Shown here: positions 52,128-64,000 of the stretch, one piece after another | Position numbering within the stretch: the first letter of the stretch is position 1 | Layout of the letters: the number at the start of each line of letters is the position of its first letter | Assembly (NCBI GenBank): GCA_965644295.1 | Contig: CBFFRP010000433.1 | Location: forward strand, 186,001 to 250,000 | Origin: Paraphysomonas bandaiensis | Taxonomy: Eukaryota > Protista > Chrysophyceae | Direction of reading: 5' to 3' | DNA length: 64,000 nt | The notes under the pieces: model-generated | Seen by the model: the letters and a program-made list of their open reading frames with translations, nothing else | Database searches by the model: none | What the model was told of the DNA's origin: nothing | Position numbers and translations under genes: made by a program

Positions 52128-52513
52128 GCAATTTTTGAGCAAGCAGTGGCTAAAATTCAAGGGAACGATGAAAGAGGGTTGACAGGCAATGAGAGAAGAG
52201 CAGTTAGACATCTTCAACTGGATTCATCCATTGATTTTGGTGCACCTGATATTGCACAGTAGTGTGTTCTGGTCAGCGCCGAGCTCGACTTGGTATCTAT
52301 GAGTCCAACTACCACTGCTTGCTTCATATTGAAGCACAATCTAATGTTGTTGAGAGGCTCTTTAGTCGTGCAAAGTTGATAATCACACCTGAACATAGAA
52401 ACATGAATCTATATCGTCTAGAATCGTTGCTATTCCTACGAGCCAATAACATGTTGAGGGATGCTTATACCCTCCAGAAAGCCCTCTGCAAGAAGATCCT
52501 GATGTGCCAGTAG
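52120..52513 (+). pseudogene. hAT transposase C-terminal remnant (family 2)
   Basis: FEQAVAKIQG..LTGNERRAVRHL, then SNVVERLFSRAKLIIT..NMNLYRLESLLFLRAN, with a stop/frameshift between. Confidence 0.85.
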
Positions 52514-53335
52514 AGTGCGAGAAGTAGTTACAATTCGTAGTCTGCTATTTAATTAAAAATAAGTAATTAAGGGAGCACTATACTGTCTATTATGAGCGGT
52601 ATTATCTACTTTTAGTTAGTAGGTATTAATGGCCATTATAATTGCCGGGAACTGGACTACCATTAATAGGCCATTAATGATTACCAGGCCCTGATATGAA
52701 GTCATATAGTTACCCACTTTCTCAACATTCATTTCATTGAGATGAAGTCATTTAGTTACCCACTTGCTCAACATTCAACCAATTTAGATTTTTATTTCAA
52801 ATCCATAAACTATCAGTTGATTCATTAATATAAATCTTCTAATGAAAGGTGATTTATATACAAATGAGCTCTTGAAGACAGCGTGTATTGCTGAATTAGG
52901 ATTTATATAGAGTATTTAGTAAGAAGGTTATTATGTTGAGATATATTAATCAACCTAGTCAAATTGGTTGAATTTCCTATCTTCGGCGTAAAAATCTACT
53001 ACTCAAATGACTCATCGTAAAAATGACTCATCCTATAGTCAATTATAGTATTAAACCTAATCATGAGTTGTAATCGCATATATAGCTACGCATCACAGAA
53101 GAATGAGGTCATAGCAGGTGAAGTAGAACCAATGCAACATACATCAGGTCAAAACAAAGAGCGGTATATATAGCAGCATATAGGCAGAATTCCATCGCTC
53201 TCTTCAATGCTGTAGTAGGCTGGTAGACCATTCTTTCTCTCAACACAATCTTTATGCATGTCCTTCAGTTACCATTGAAAACATCGATGAAAGCTTGCTC
53301 TCTGGGGGTCTATCAGCATCACTTATATCTCAACA

Positions 53336-53590
53336 TGGGATCTATTTTTCAACCTAGTCAAATTGTGACTTTCCTAGTCACACCGCAATTGGTGTAAAAA
53401 CTTATTCATTAAATAATGACCAAATCCGGTGTAGCTCCCACTTTCACCTCTAGTCAACCTAATCATTGTAATGTTAAAATCTAATTATTTAATGACTAGG
53501 TTTTTCTACTTTTTGACTAGGTTTTTACACTAATTGCGGTGTGACTATAGGACAGTCAACCAATTTGACAAGGCTGAAAAATAGATCCCA
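53336..53590. mobile_element. 255-bp MITE with long imperfect TIRs and an apparent 3-bp TSD (aca)
   Basis: Left tgggatctatttttcaacctagtcaaattg..gtcacaccgcaattggtgtaaaaac; right gtttttacactaattgcggtgtgac..caatttgacaaggctgaaaaatagatccca. Related ends near 27960-28030 and 52950. Confidence 0.8.
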
Positions 53591-54085
53591 ACACAGTAAA
53601 TATAAATAGCAATATAAAACATAACTATCATGCACAACGGAATAGTTAGAAGTGCAACTGATAATGACTATCATTATGATGACGATCATGTATCTTCAAC
53701 AGATACTCTCTCTAATTCAGTTCATTATAACTCACAGATACTATCTTGTATTAAGCTGAATACTAATACAATGCTAAATTAGTTCTGACTCTTCAACACC
53801 TATTGCTAATAATATGACATTCACTACTCTTCCTTAAAATAATCATGTATGTCACCTACTTAGAATATCGAGAAGTAAGAGTATCGTTGAAGTTTACGAA
53901 TGCATGTCTGCAAATACGTTACAGTGTCTACAGAGGACAGAAATATATTATAATACTTTTACGCATCAGCACGCTACTGTACAACGCCGATCTACCTTCA
54001 CTGAAATTTAAAGTTCTCTAACTGCGATCGTCTATAATGCACGAGCCATATCGGACGACGTAAAAACAGAATGGCGATTTGAATA

Positions 54086-57000
54086 TTATTTCAAAATGGG
54101 ATATAACGTATATACTAATTGCTCCGCAATGACAGGACTTTCTAAATAACAAATATGCGCCGCTCGTCCGATTGCTCTATCCACATTTCCTGATTCTGCC
54201 ACGTTGTTGTGCAATGTAATACGTAGCAACTTTTCTGGCTCTATTTGCGCAATCAGATTAGCAGCCATTGTTACTACTGTGTAGCCTATCTGGGGGTTTA
54301 GAATCGCTTTCGGATTAACCTGAACAGTGGAAGCACTACCTTTACATATGGGGCTACAGAGCAGGCAGGATGTATACCTGAACCCTGGCGGAATACTCCG
54401 GAACATACATATCCAAGGGAGAAGACACGAAAACCACACGCCTGAAGTGCTGCAGAACGCCGTTCTCGGAAAGACGATATAACTCCGTATCATTGAAATC
54501 CCCCCCGATACTGTCTTTGAGGACCAACTCCTGGAGCACTGGACTTTTCTTAATCTTCAGTAGCGCCCACATCCCTGTAGATACCAACTGAGAGTCCGCA
54601 TACAGAGTACCAAGATGCGGTGAGGCCAAGGAAATATATGTGTCCAGTCGGTTCAAAATCATTTGTAACTTATCACTCTGCAGCCATGAATTAAAACACA
54701 AGAGTACAGTATATGAATCACCTCCAGTGCTTTCCTTATTATCAGCCCGCCGACTGAATGACCAATAAAAGTTACACGTCCTTTAAACTTTTCGTCACAC
54801 AACATGCGAGGGCATTTATCTGTTCACATTTAATTACGGCGACTCAATACAAGAAACAACTACCTTTGCAAAAAGAAATGACTTCTTGTGCTAGATTAGC
54901 TCCCATTGTTTTCAAGCTGTCACCACTGTTGGCTTCATTAGAGCTAGCAAGTAGAAACTGCACACAGAATAAGTTCATCGATGTATAAAATCGAAACGCA
55001 GTACCAAGGCATTGGGGAGCTCAACGTGTAAGGCATTTCTCAGTAAACGCATATCATAGCTATTTCCTTGGAAGCCATGCTGAAGAACGATAAGATGTAC
55101 ACCATCCGTTGCGTATTTGTCGCTCGTGGTGGGGTTATTATAGATACCTCCAGTGATGCCAAACCTCATCCCCTGGCAGGAGATATTTCGAGAAGCTGCC
55201 TCGGTCTCAAGTGCGTCAGGTGCATTGCTTACAGCATCACCGTACTTTAACCATCGCATTATGTCATCCATGTGAATGCTGTCATCACAGCCAGTAATAG
55301 ATCCACCTCGTAGCACTACTCCTTCTTCTGTATGCTCCGCATGGCCCTGCTCCTGCAGCAGCGATGTGGGCATATACTGCTGAATAATAAGAATGGGTAG
55401 TCGGGGGGACACCTGAAAGCATTGATATTACACATTCACTGAACGCACAGTATCACTGACAAGTACTCACAGCATGAAGACTTGGGTTAAAGAGCCTCAA
55501 CCCACGTGCCATGGCCATGTTTTCTTGGTGCTCAGTTTCCAGGCTGCGAAGTAACATCGCCAACTTGGCCTCCTCGTACAGGTGCGGCTTTTTCATTGCA
55601 ACAGTACTGCCGTAAACAGGCTATCACGGTAGTACATAGCAGCTAACTTACTGACCTACACGTATGTACCAGAGTTTGTCCTTTCCAATACGCTCGTATG
55701 CTGTCCGTATATCTCCGTTTCATACATGTGCAAATTTCTGTCATTACCTTTGGTAATGCTGAAAGGGCAATAGACCATCGTGAACAAAACTGCGCATTCC
55801 CTTCCTCAATATATCTCTCTAACGCATCACATAACTGCATACCACTAATCCATTACAATTCCCTAGATCACTCACCAAGCATACCTTTGGAATACTGTCT
55901 TCATTTAACAGACGCTCAACAATTTCCTCCTTGTTCTGGATAAGGTAGCACTCAGAGTCATCGATCAAAGTGTCAGTAAGTGAATGTCTCTTGGCCTTTC
56001 CTTTCCATGCAGAGAACAATTTTACGATTTCCTCCGTTCCCTTGATAAGGTATTTGTGATTGACAATGAGAGGGCAAGCATACACTTCGAAAAATATCTG
56101 AACCTCTTCTCTGGACAGTCCTGACGGACCGGACACACGCATACTGAATGCCTCTCTTTCAGTACAGTCAAATGAATTCACTGATTGGAGACTCTTCTTG
56201 CGCTTAGCGGGGTCGTCAGTCTCAGAAAAAGCGCTGTACTGTTTCCGATAAGAACTTCTGGAGTCCGTTGTGGAAGATCGGCGCACGACTGTGGTTGGAG
56301 GGGTCTTGAAAGATCGGCGCTGTGGAATAGGGTTGGTAGGTGGAGCTTCGCATGGTTGCTTCGGCGGGGATACGGCAACAGAGCTAGAAATAGGGAAATT
56401 CGGCGGGGATGGTGGGTCATCACAACAATATGACTCTTGCAGATCGGGGCTTGTGCCTGTGTTCTCCCCTCCGTACCAGACACCTTTCGGGGCATCACAA
56501 CTATTCTCAGTGCTGATATCACCAGCAAATGACAACGTGCCACTCTGGAGTATTCGACAGAACTCTGCATAAGACATACCGGCTGGGACAACAGAGGCGC
56601 TAATGGATGTGTATCTAATTGCTGTTACGGCTGTGTGGAACATCACATCCATGTCCATAAAGTGAAACTTGTCAAAACGAACCTTGACATACTGTGAGTA
56701 GTTAACATAGCAATTGCAGTGTAACACTCACCGGGTAATAGTGGTGAAATGCTGAAGAAGCGTGTTGCAACTGTACGTCCTGAGTTGCAGCCAAAGTAAA
56801 TTGGGGCTCGGGTGGGATAAAGTCTTCAATACTATTGAGAAGGTCGGAGGTGATATCATACGGAAGCAAGTCAGCGAACATCAGCTCAAATCTTACAACA
56901 AGAGACTCAAGACATTCCACTGGACGCAACATATGCAGCTCGTTCAGATGCAGCTAAAAATTGCGCAAACAATTATACACTATTACCTAGCAAGAAATGT

Positions 57001-57562
57001 GGTCACACTGTACACTAACCTCAGGGATTGTCAGTCTCCAGTGAGCTCCTTCGTTCAGCTCCTGTAATTATTGACGAGTGTAAGTTGATCACTGCCATCT
57101 ACACAAAAACGTACATGATTTTCATCTTTATATCTAATTACAAAGCATCGGCTGCAGAAGGAAGGTGGTGAAATCTCTATGGTGGATGGATTTATCATTG
57201 GAGAGGCTGGTACCTGATGGGAGTTACTCATATTCCATAAAACAATAAGAATATTACCGTTATGTCTCTCACAAATGAATCAAGTCTTGAAGGGGCTGAA
57301 AAGAGTCCAATTGGTATAATAGTTTGTTGAGGGCATCCAAATAGAAGAGATATCCTGATATAATACACTCTGTATACAACACATACACGAGTATTAAATA
57401 TCCACAGTAGTAGAGATGTCTGTCCCTACCCTCTACTGCATATATCCACATTGCGAAGATGTCCTGTTATACTTATATAAGCCAATATGTATATATGTAT
57501 ATGTATATATAGGTACCTAAATGAACAGTGACATCGAGATCAATATCAGCTGTAAGATTCAT
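54086..57562 (-). CDS. FAM135-family protein (N-terminal FAM135 region plus DUF676 alpha/beta-hydrolase), multi-exon
   Basis: Spliced N-terminus MNLTADIDLDVTVHLG|HLRNVDICSRG|VYYIRI..FCSRCFVIRYKDE. C-terminal HLIVLQHGFQGNSYDMRL, SFIGHSVGGLII, YISLASPHLG. Confidence 0.87.
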
Positions 57563-58101
57563 AATTTAATGATCGATATGATGTGTGTTGCCTACAATGA
57601 CACTATTGAATGGCTCTGTGATGATATCAGTGTCTCAGATGGTTAATATATCCATCTCTCTCTATATGTATGTATATATGGATATATGCATGAAGGAGTA
57701 AAGTATGACCCGATGTGTACTCCTATACACCACTATACACTATACTGCTGTACACTGTACACTCTGTACACTGTACACTATACAGCTGTGTGAAAGATGG
57801 TACTTTAGTATATGTACTACTCTATCGAACAACAGTATCTGAGTACATATACCATTGTAGTACAGTGTGTGTATATGGACTACTGCAGTATATTGTTCAC
57901 TTCGGTACTATGTACTGCTGTATAATGCACATGTACAGCAGTACATGCAGCAAGATACTGCCATATACACCCACTATCATGATAGTAAATGTATGTATGG
58001 GACACTTGCTTCACGTAATTCCAAACTAATTACTGCAAAACATAAAGGGCTAATGACATTAGATCTATGAACTGTAGCTAGATTGTTATTATAGTTGTGT
58101 G

Positions 58102-58491
58102 ATGTCTAATTCATCGTTACTCTTCATTGCAAACAGCTCATACAAACGAAAGAGTTGTAACGTTATCGATACAGAGTATCAAGACACGAAGAAACTTAAA
58201 GTGACGTCTCCAATATCAGAATTTTGTACAGATATTGATGGTAGAGTTGGTGAATATATTGCCCAAACAAGAGCACAAACTGGCAAGGTTTGTATCCATT
58301 GGACGCTGGAGTTCATGAGGTGTGTAGCTCTCATGTTCGCACATCGGCTCCGAATTAATTCCTTCAGAGCGTCAGATTTATGGATTCAGAATATTCAGAG
58401 AAGCTATGGTATCACTCTTATAGAGGGTGGTATGAGCCCTGACGAGATAAATGAGCTCTTGCGATTGAAACTATTTCTCGGATACGACTAG
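58102..58491 (+). CDS. Small protein with a CENP-B/Tc5-type HTH-like segment
   Basis: WTLEFMRCVALMFAHRLRINSFRASDLWIQNIQRSYGI resembles the FxASxGWLxxFxxRxGI motif. No DDE domain follows. Confidence 0.55.
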   Translation: MSNSSLLFIANSSYKRKSCNVIDTEYQDTKKLKVTSPISEFCTDIDGRVGEYIAQTRAQTGKVCIHWTLEFMRCVALMFAHRLRINSFRASDLWIQNIQRSYGITLIEGGMSPDEINELLRLKLFLGYD

Positions 58492-59249
58492 TGATATTTT
58501 AAAAGTAACGACCCAGATTTGCGACTTTCTGACCTCAGGCTGTTGAACAGTCTATGGTGCCCTATTCATGTACTGCAATTTTTCTTTATCTATTCAGTCG
58601 AACTTAAATTGTCAGCTATGTATTTATAGCCAAGTGACCATATCTACATAGCCCAGAGCCCAAGATAAATATTCCATTGTGTTAGGTTGTGCATTAAGTC
58701 TACTCCATTATATGAGCATAAATAATAAGCAGATATATCTGTTAATAGGAGAAGTACAGAAAGTCAAGCCAAATTGGGGAATATACGAATGTACTAAATG
58801 TTGGAAATTACTCATTTAAAGCTAGATCACAGAGAGAATTTAAAGACTAGACAGATTTATTAATAACGTTAACACGAAGTTGTGATAAACAACACTAACT
58901 CATTTTAATCCGTTGAACTAAAGAGTGCTGAAATATAGCTAGAGTCTAGAGTGCGACTACAGAGTTCTATAGAACTATACAACACATGCAACTTTACTGG
59001 TTTGGAGTACTGTTGAACACGTGTATGCATGTGGATACATGTGCAACTGATGCGACCAGGTGTACACGTCTTAAACAAGTGTTTGCTGCATCATAGGTTG
59101 AGAGCACGCAAAGAAATTGTATACTTGGAAATATTCGATTGTGCTATGTTATATGTGCAAAAGCTATTGGTACTTCACAACGTCTCACAATGGGTCAAAT
59201 ATACTACAGAAAGTATTGGAGTGTTGAGGACAATAGAGAGCATTCAGTT

Positions 59250-59975
59250 CTACCTTCTAAACAATCTGTGCCTGTTCTTTGAAAGGAAGTACATAGCCCC
59301 ATAAAGTGCTCCCCCAAGGTGCGCCGCATTGCCAGTTCCCGTGCCACCCTGGTAAAGACCGAACGACTCATAGCCAATGTAGAGTAATCCAAATAGAGCT
59401 GCAGGGATCGGGACAACCATATAGAGGTACACAATGCTAGAAGGGGCCTGCAAAATACTCCATGCCACAGCAGCTGATACGGCACCAGAGGCTCCCATTG
59501 CAGGTGCGTATCGAGAAGTTTGGTACCTTGCTGGCCATGATTTCGGGATTATATCTGGCCACACCACATAGCAGATGCTAGAGAGGAAACCTCCACCAAA
59601 GTAAAGTTGCATAAATTGTCTTGCACCTAATACCATAAGGGCCTGAGAGCCGAAAAAATAGAGTGTCACCATATTAGCAAGAAAATGACCAAGAGAAACG
59701 TGGGAAAACATTGTGGTAAACAGTGTATGTATACGTCCATGTCTAAATATTCCGTCATTGGACAAGGTGAAATGCTTGTACATATTCCTCTGCAGACTTC
59801 TGTCATTCGTTGATGCATTCCAAGCAAAAAATACGGCTGTGTTAGCTCCAATTATTCCATAAAGTAAGGCACTACCATCATTAGTATCAAATCTACCGAA
59901 ATTCGATATATTCCGCTTTCCTCTAACATTATTGAGGATGATATTGCGCTGAAATAAACTCCGTACACGGTTCAT
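59250..59975 (-). CDS. Rhomboid intramembrane serine protease, probably mitochondrial (PARL/Pcp1-like)
   Basis: FSHVSLGHFLANM, catalytic MGASG, AAHLGGALYG; Arg-rich presequence-like N-terminus. Confidence 0.92.
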   Translation of the reverse strand: MNRVRSLFQRNIILNNVRGKRNISNFGRFDTNDGSALLYGIIGANTAVFFAWNASTNDRSLQRNMYKHFTLSNDGIFRHGRIHTLFTTMFSHVSLGHFLANMVTLYFFGSQALMVLGARQFMQLYFGGGFLSSICYVVWPDIIPKSWPARYQTSRYAPAMGASGAVSAAVAWSILQAPSSIVYLYMVVPIPAALFGLLYIGYESFGLYQGGTGTGNAAHLGGALYGAMYFLSKNRHRLFRR

Positions 59976-60475
59976 ATGGGATTATGATGCAAAGAAATAT
60001 TAATTAATAGTAAAGTAGAAGGAATTATATATATATATATACATATATGGCAGTCTGGTATTGAAAATCTGTTCTTTCGAATGCTTGTGTGTGTCCGATG
60101 TACTCATATAAAGTGTACCACAGTACTGTACTGCTGTACTACTAGACCAGTGCCTATGTATAGCATATACTGAACCTGGACATACAGTGTACTGCTGTAT
60201 ATCTGCAGCAGTATATAGTATACGTTATGTAGTTCAGTTAGATCCTGCTGCTGCTGAAGGTATATCTATAAGGTGACATGTGACATACAGAATTTCCAAG
60301 TCCCACATCACACTATCAATATACGGTATTTTCAATATGTTGTGATGGAGTTGGGCAAGCAGATGAGTGGCCGGTAAATTGAGGAGAAGATCAGAATCAT
60401 AATTATAACCTCATAACATACTAACATTATAGTACATTGACACCATATACTATATTTTATTATTGATTTATTGAT

Positions 60476-61424
60476 ATGGCAACTACTTGTAAAATTGTCG
60501 CTACTGCTGATGAACAGTTGGATGCATCTGCTGTCCTCAAGAAGGCACTCAAGAGGGCTGGTCAAGGAGGCCTGGCAGGTTTTATTTACGATTCGTATTA
60601 CCGTATTAATTTATTTAATTTTATTAATTGTAGGCGCCGCTGCAATGGCAATTAATGTATGCAGTCTAATGTGGATGCGCACAACCATCAACTATCAGTA
60701 CCGGTACGGTATCCCAACTACAGAGGCTTTCAAGGCATTGTACAAAGAGGGTGGAATTCCGAGATTTTACAGAGGAATTGTTCCGGCCTTGGTTCAGGGA
60801 CCTCTCTCAAGATTCGGTGATACGGCTGCCAATGCCGGAACTATTGCTGCTTTGGACAGCATGGATTTGACTAAGGATCTTCCAGTTGGCGTCAAGACCG
60901 TGGCTGCTTCAACTGCTGCTGCGTTGTTTCGTATTCTTTTGATGCCTGTTGACACTTTCAAGACAAGCATGCAAGTGGGAGGTAAGGATGGTCTCAAGAA
61001 CCTCTTTGCGAAGGTGAAGTCTAAGGGACCCACCGTCTTCTGGTATGGCGCCCTTGCCTCAGCTTCTGCCACTTTCGTCGGTCACTACCCCTGGTTCTTT
61101 ACATACAACTTCCTCAATGAGAAGCTTCCCACTTACGACGACAAACTCAAGACCCTTGGTCGAAGTGCGTTTATCGGATTCTGCTCATCAGCCGTTTCTG
61201 ACACTTGCAGTAATTCCATCCGTGTGATTAAGGTGTACAAGCAAGCTAATGAGGAGGCTATCACTTATCCCCAGGCTCTGAAGAGAGTAATTGCAGAGGA
61301 TGGTGTAATGGGCCTCTTGGGTAGAGGTCTTAAGACCAAGATCATGGCCAACGGAATGCAGGGGCTTATGTTCTCTGTACTCTGGAAGTACATCGATGAC
61401 CAGTTCTTCAAGAAGGAGAAGTAA
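60476..61424 (+). CDS. Mitochondrial carrier family protein, 2 exons (intron 60579-60633)
   Basis: GGLAG|AAAMAINV..MWMRTTINYQYRYG, GGIPRFYRG, LMPVDTFKT, EDGVMGLLGRGL. Confidence 0.9.
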
Positions 61425-62909
61425 ATAAACATATCTAGGCAGAGCACTGTGAGTAGCGAAATCTTTGAAGTATTCTAGTTAGATGCTTATGCTGTTGTTT
61501 GTCGGTTGCCTTGGCCGTCATATTTCGTCGTACATCATAACATAATTAAATATATGGTGTCACATACTTTTAAATTTGCTAACTTAGCATGAATGAATGT
61601 CAAAGAAGCCATTGACGAGCTTTCCCACAACCACAGCTTGAATTGTATTACGCCTACCCATAAAAGAAATATTTCAGCTACAGCACTGGATGTGGTGCAT
61701 GCCATAGGCAACGTTTATGTGATTGGTACCAGACAAAAATTCTATTAATGTATTAATATTGTTAGTGATAAGTTGTTAAGTTAGATCACAATTTATCTCC
61801 TTTCTCATTTCACGAAGAACAGTTCCATTGTTAGTAATCCGAATTTAGATAATGGAATTAAAAATTGTTAGTAAAAATTATTATGAATAAGATTATGAGT
61901 AGCTAAGCAGTAAGTAATCTTCTTATGATCGTCATGTGTTTAACTACTGATTAGCGATACCTAACCCTAACCCTTTCTAACAATATTGATCCCTAGCCCT
62001 GATTAGTAGAGTATAAGATAGTATCAGAGTGAAAAAATACAAGATTGCTGATTTTGTGCTCATAGTGATTAAAAGTTAAATGTTACAATCCTTGTATTTT
62101 GGCTATGTAACTGAAAATTAGACCAAAAACTAAATGGAAGAACAAAATCTTTTCTTGCAACAAAAGTCATGTAAAATAGTAGTCGGGAAAATTGAAGTAC
62201 CACAGTTTGTACGGGGTTTCAATCGACGATTGCAATGCTTTATCCAGTCAGAACGCAGTTCTTCATTGTATTGGCAGCTTACTCCAGTTCCAGTTTGTCA
62301 AGTCGTTGCATCCAGTATTCTATTCCTAATGAGTTCTTCACCTGGCCATATATCTGTGGTCTTTCTCTATATTCTACCTACTTGACAGCTCATACTTTTT
62401 TCACATCTTTCTTCCTTGTGATCAGTATCTGATAGGGCTGACACTTGATAAGGCTCTTGCCAGCTATGATAGTGTTTAGAATATTAGTCAGAATGGTAAG
62501 ATGAAATATCAGACTAACTACGCTGTCCCCTCATCTCTTAGATTCATATGCTCAAGACGAATCCATGACAGCACATATCAAGGTCAGTGTACTGTATGTG
62601 TGTGCTACGAATGCATAAATGCATGAATAGATATGGCTGTATGAGCCATGATGATGATCAAGATATCCAGGAATACAATTGTATACAGAAATATACAATG
62701 ATATTATATACCGTACTGTATTGTGAAGAAAGTTTCAGTTTTGAGTTTTCAGTAAACATACCTCTTCAAGATACTCTGACCCCATGCAATTGATGATCTG
62801 AGACAGTGGTAATTGTCTATGTATATGTTGCTTCACACACCTCTATGTATCGTTTGAACAGATACTTAATATTGCAGCATTAGACTGATATTAAAAGCAA
62901 CTATTCGCC

Positions 62910-63178
62910 ATGCCTAAGGTACAGTTATATGAACAATGAGATAGTTATATTAATGCTTGCTGTAGCAAAAGAACCACACCGGCAGAAACGCTACTGTGAA
63001 AGCCCACAAAAATGGAATTAAGAAGCGCTCAAAATTCCAGATGAGATCTCTTAAGGGAGTAAGTACAGGTGAACAATAACATTTTTGTTGCTTACTTCTC
63101 TTATAGATGGATCCTAAATTCTTGCGCAACTTGAGATTTTCCAAGAAGAATAACAAGAAGGCTACCAAGGCTGAATAG
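62910..63178 (+). CDS. RPL29: 60S ribosomal protein L29 (eL29), exons 62910-62918, 62966-63058, 63107-63178 (not in the ORF track)
   Basis: Spliced [57 protein letters not shown]. Confidence 0.95.
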
Positions 63179-63735
63179 TTCGTCTTTTACGTTCTAAATA
63201 ACTTGACAATGCTGCTAATTTATTGAAGTTTCCTTTTCTCTGTATTTTAACCGGCATTTGTAGCGCTCTTAGATCTGAGTGATAACTTCACTGCCTTACA
63301 TAGCTGCACAGTAATAGCGGAAATCGGACCGCTAGCTACGTTAGTACTTGTTCAGAGGGTCACCACATTTGTCAATTAGCCTGTAGTTCGTAGACTAATA
63401 TCCTGTTCTGATTATATAACATCTATGCTACCAAAATTAAGTATAGCATAGGTGAATTTGTGAATAGTAGAAAAGCAACTGACGTATCCTACGCTTGCGT
63501 TTCAGTGATGAGTGCTACAGCTACACACCGACGCAATAGCTGACAACTCACTGCAATTGTTTGTTTAGTCTAATATGGGGTGTAGGTCGTTCACGTCGAG
63601 TGGTGATAAAAGCAGTGAAGAGTTGAATGATCACCTTAACTACTAAAATGCATGACTAACACTTGTACTTCATAGTACACCGTACACCTCGGAAAGAAAG
63701 TTGTGATACATTACACATACTGGTACAACTAATGC

Positions 63736-64000
63736 TTACTTCTTATTTAAGATATTGTGACACAATTCAAATGTCACAAAAAATAACATATTCCATGGTG
63801 CTAAACGTAGCCATGTGGCAAAGAATCCTCTGTATAGACCAAAGATACCGTGTGTTCTATACATTCCTTGTAAGCTTGACATCATACCAACAGGATTAGC
63901 ATCTGTAGGGTCGGCTGTCATAAGTAGTGTCTTACAACGATCAATAGGAGCAGAAACAATAGATGCAACCAACCCGCTCATAAGAGACGAAAACAAGTGT
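63736..64000 (-). CDS. Mitochondrial carrier (UCP/oxoglutarate-carrier-like), 3' end only
   Basis: SAPIDRCKTLLM, GIFGLYRGFFATWLRLAPWNMLFFVTFE; runs off the window edge. Confidence 0.88.
   Translation of the reverse strand, partial: HLFSSLMSGLVASIVSAPIDRCKTLLMTADPTDANPVGMMSSLQGMYRTHGIFGLYRGFFATWLRLAPWNMLFFVTFELCHNILNKK

Larger units (their letters stand above)
49244..52693 (+). mobile_element. Degenerate hAT element of a second family (~3.45 kb) with cargo
   Basis: TIR cagggcctggtaa / ttaccaggccctg; subterminal ccattaatgg repeats at both ends; TSD atatgaac / atatgaag (7/8). Transposase remnant at 52120-52513. Confidence 0.85.

Noticed and set aside
61960-61974. Telomere-like cctaaccctaaccct
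   Set aside because: Only about 2.5 units and internal; too short to call a telomere.
62260-62550. Possible small minus-strand gene divergent from RPL29
   Set aside because: Needs an 18-nt intron to avoid stops and has no recognisable motif.

Overview
Eukaryotic nuclear DNA: AT-rich, with short GT-AG introns (mostly ~45-140 nt), standard genetic code and compact genes. Gene content and transposase style suggest a stramenopile, possibly a chrysophyte-like protist (inference only). Ordinary genes: FkbM-type methyltransferase, RPS8, kinesin-7-like motor, ZnF-Kelch, VAT1-like MDR reductase, GRIP golgin, B-box protein, NHL/mucin-like surface protein, ceramidase-like CREST protein, FAM135/DUF676, rhomboid, two mitochondrial carriers and RPL29. 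The standout gene (19406-22044) is a 5-exon fusion of a microbial-type rhodopsin (probably 8 TM, retinal Lys kept, D85 counterion replaced by Ser), a histidine kinase with a degenerate ATP-binding domain, and an intact receiver domain. About 26.7-53.6 kb is rich in transposons. A rearranged hAT element has its 5' end folded into a ~1.07-kb palindrome. Its transposase stop codon was hit by a 5.2-kb TTA-TSD (PIF/Harbinger-like) non-autonomous element. That element carries tandem arrays, a duplicated exon-intron cassette and a minisatellite holding a 5'-truncated LINE. Also present: hAT MITEs of 121, 556 and 761 bp with perfect 8-bp TSDs, and a second hAT family element carrying a SET-domain fragment. 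Exon boundaries and alignments were read by eye.
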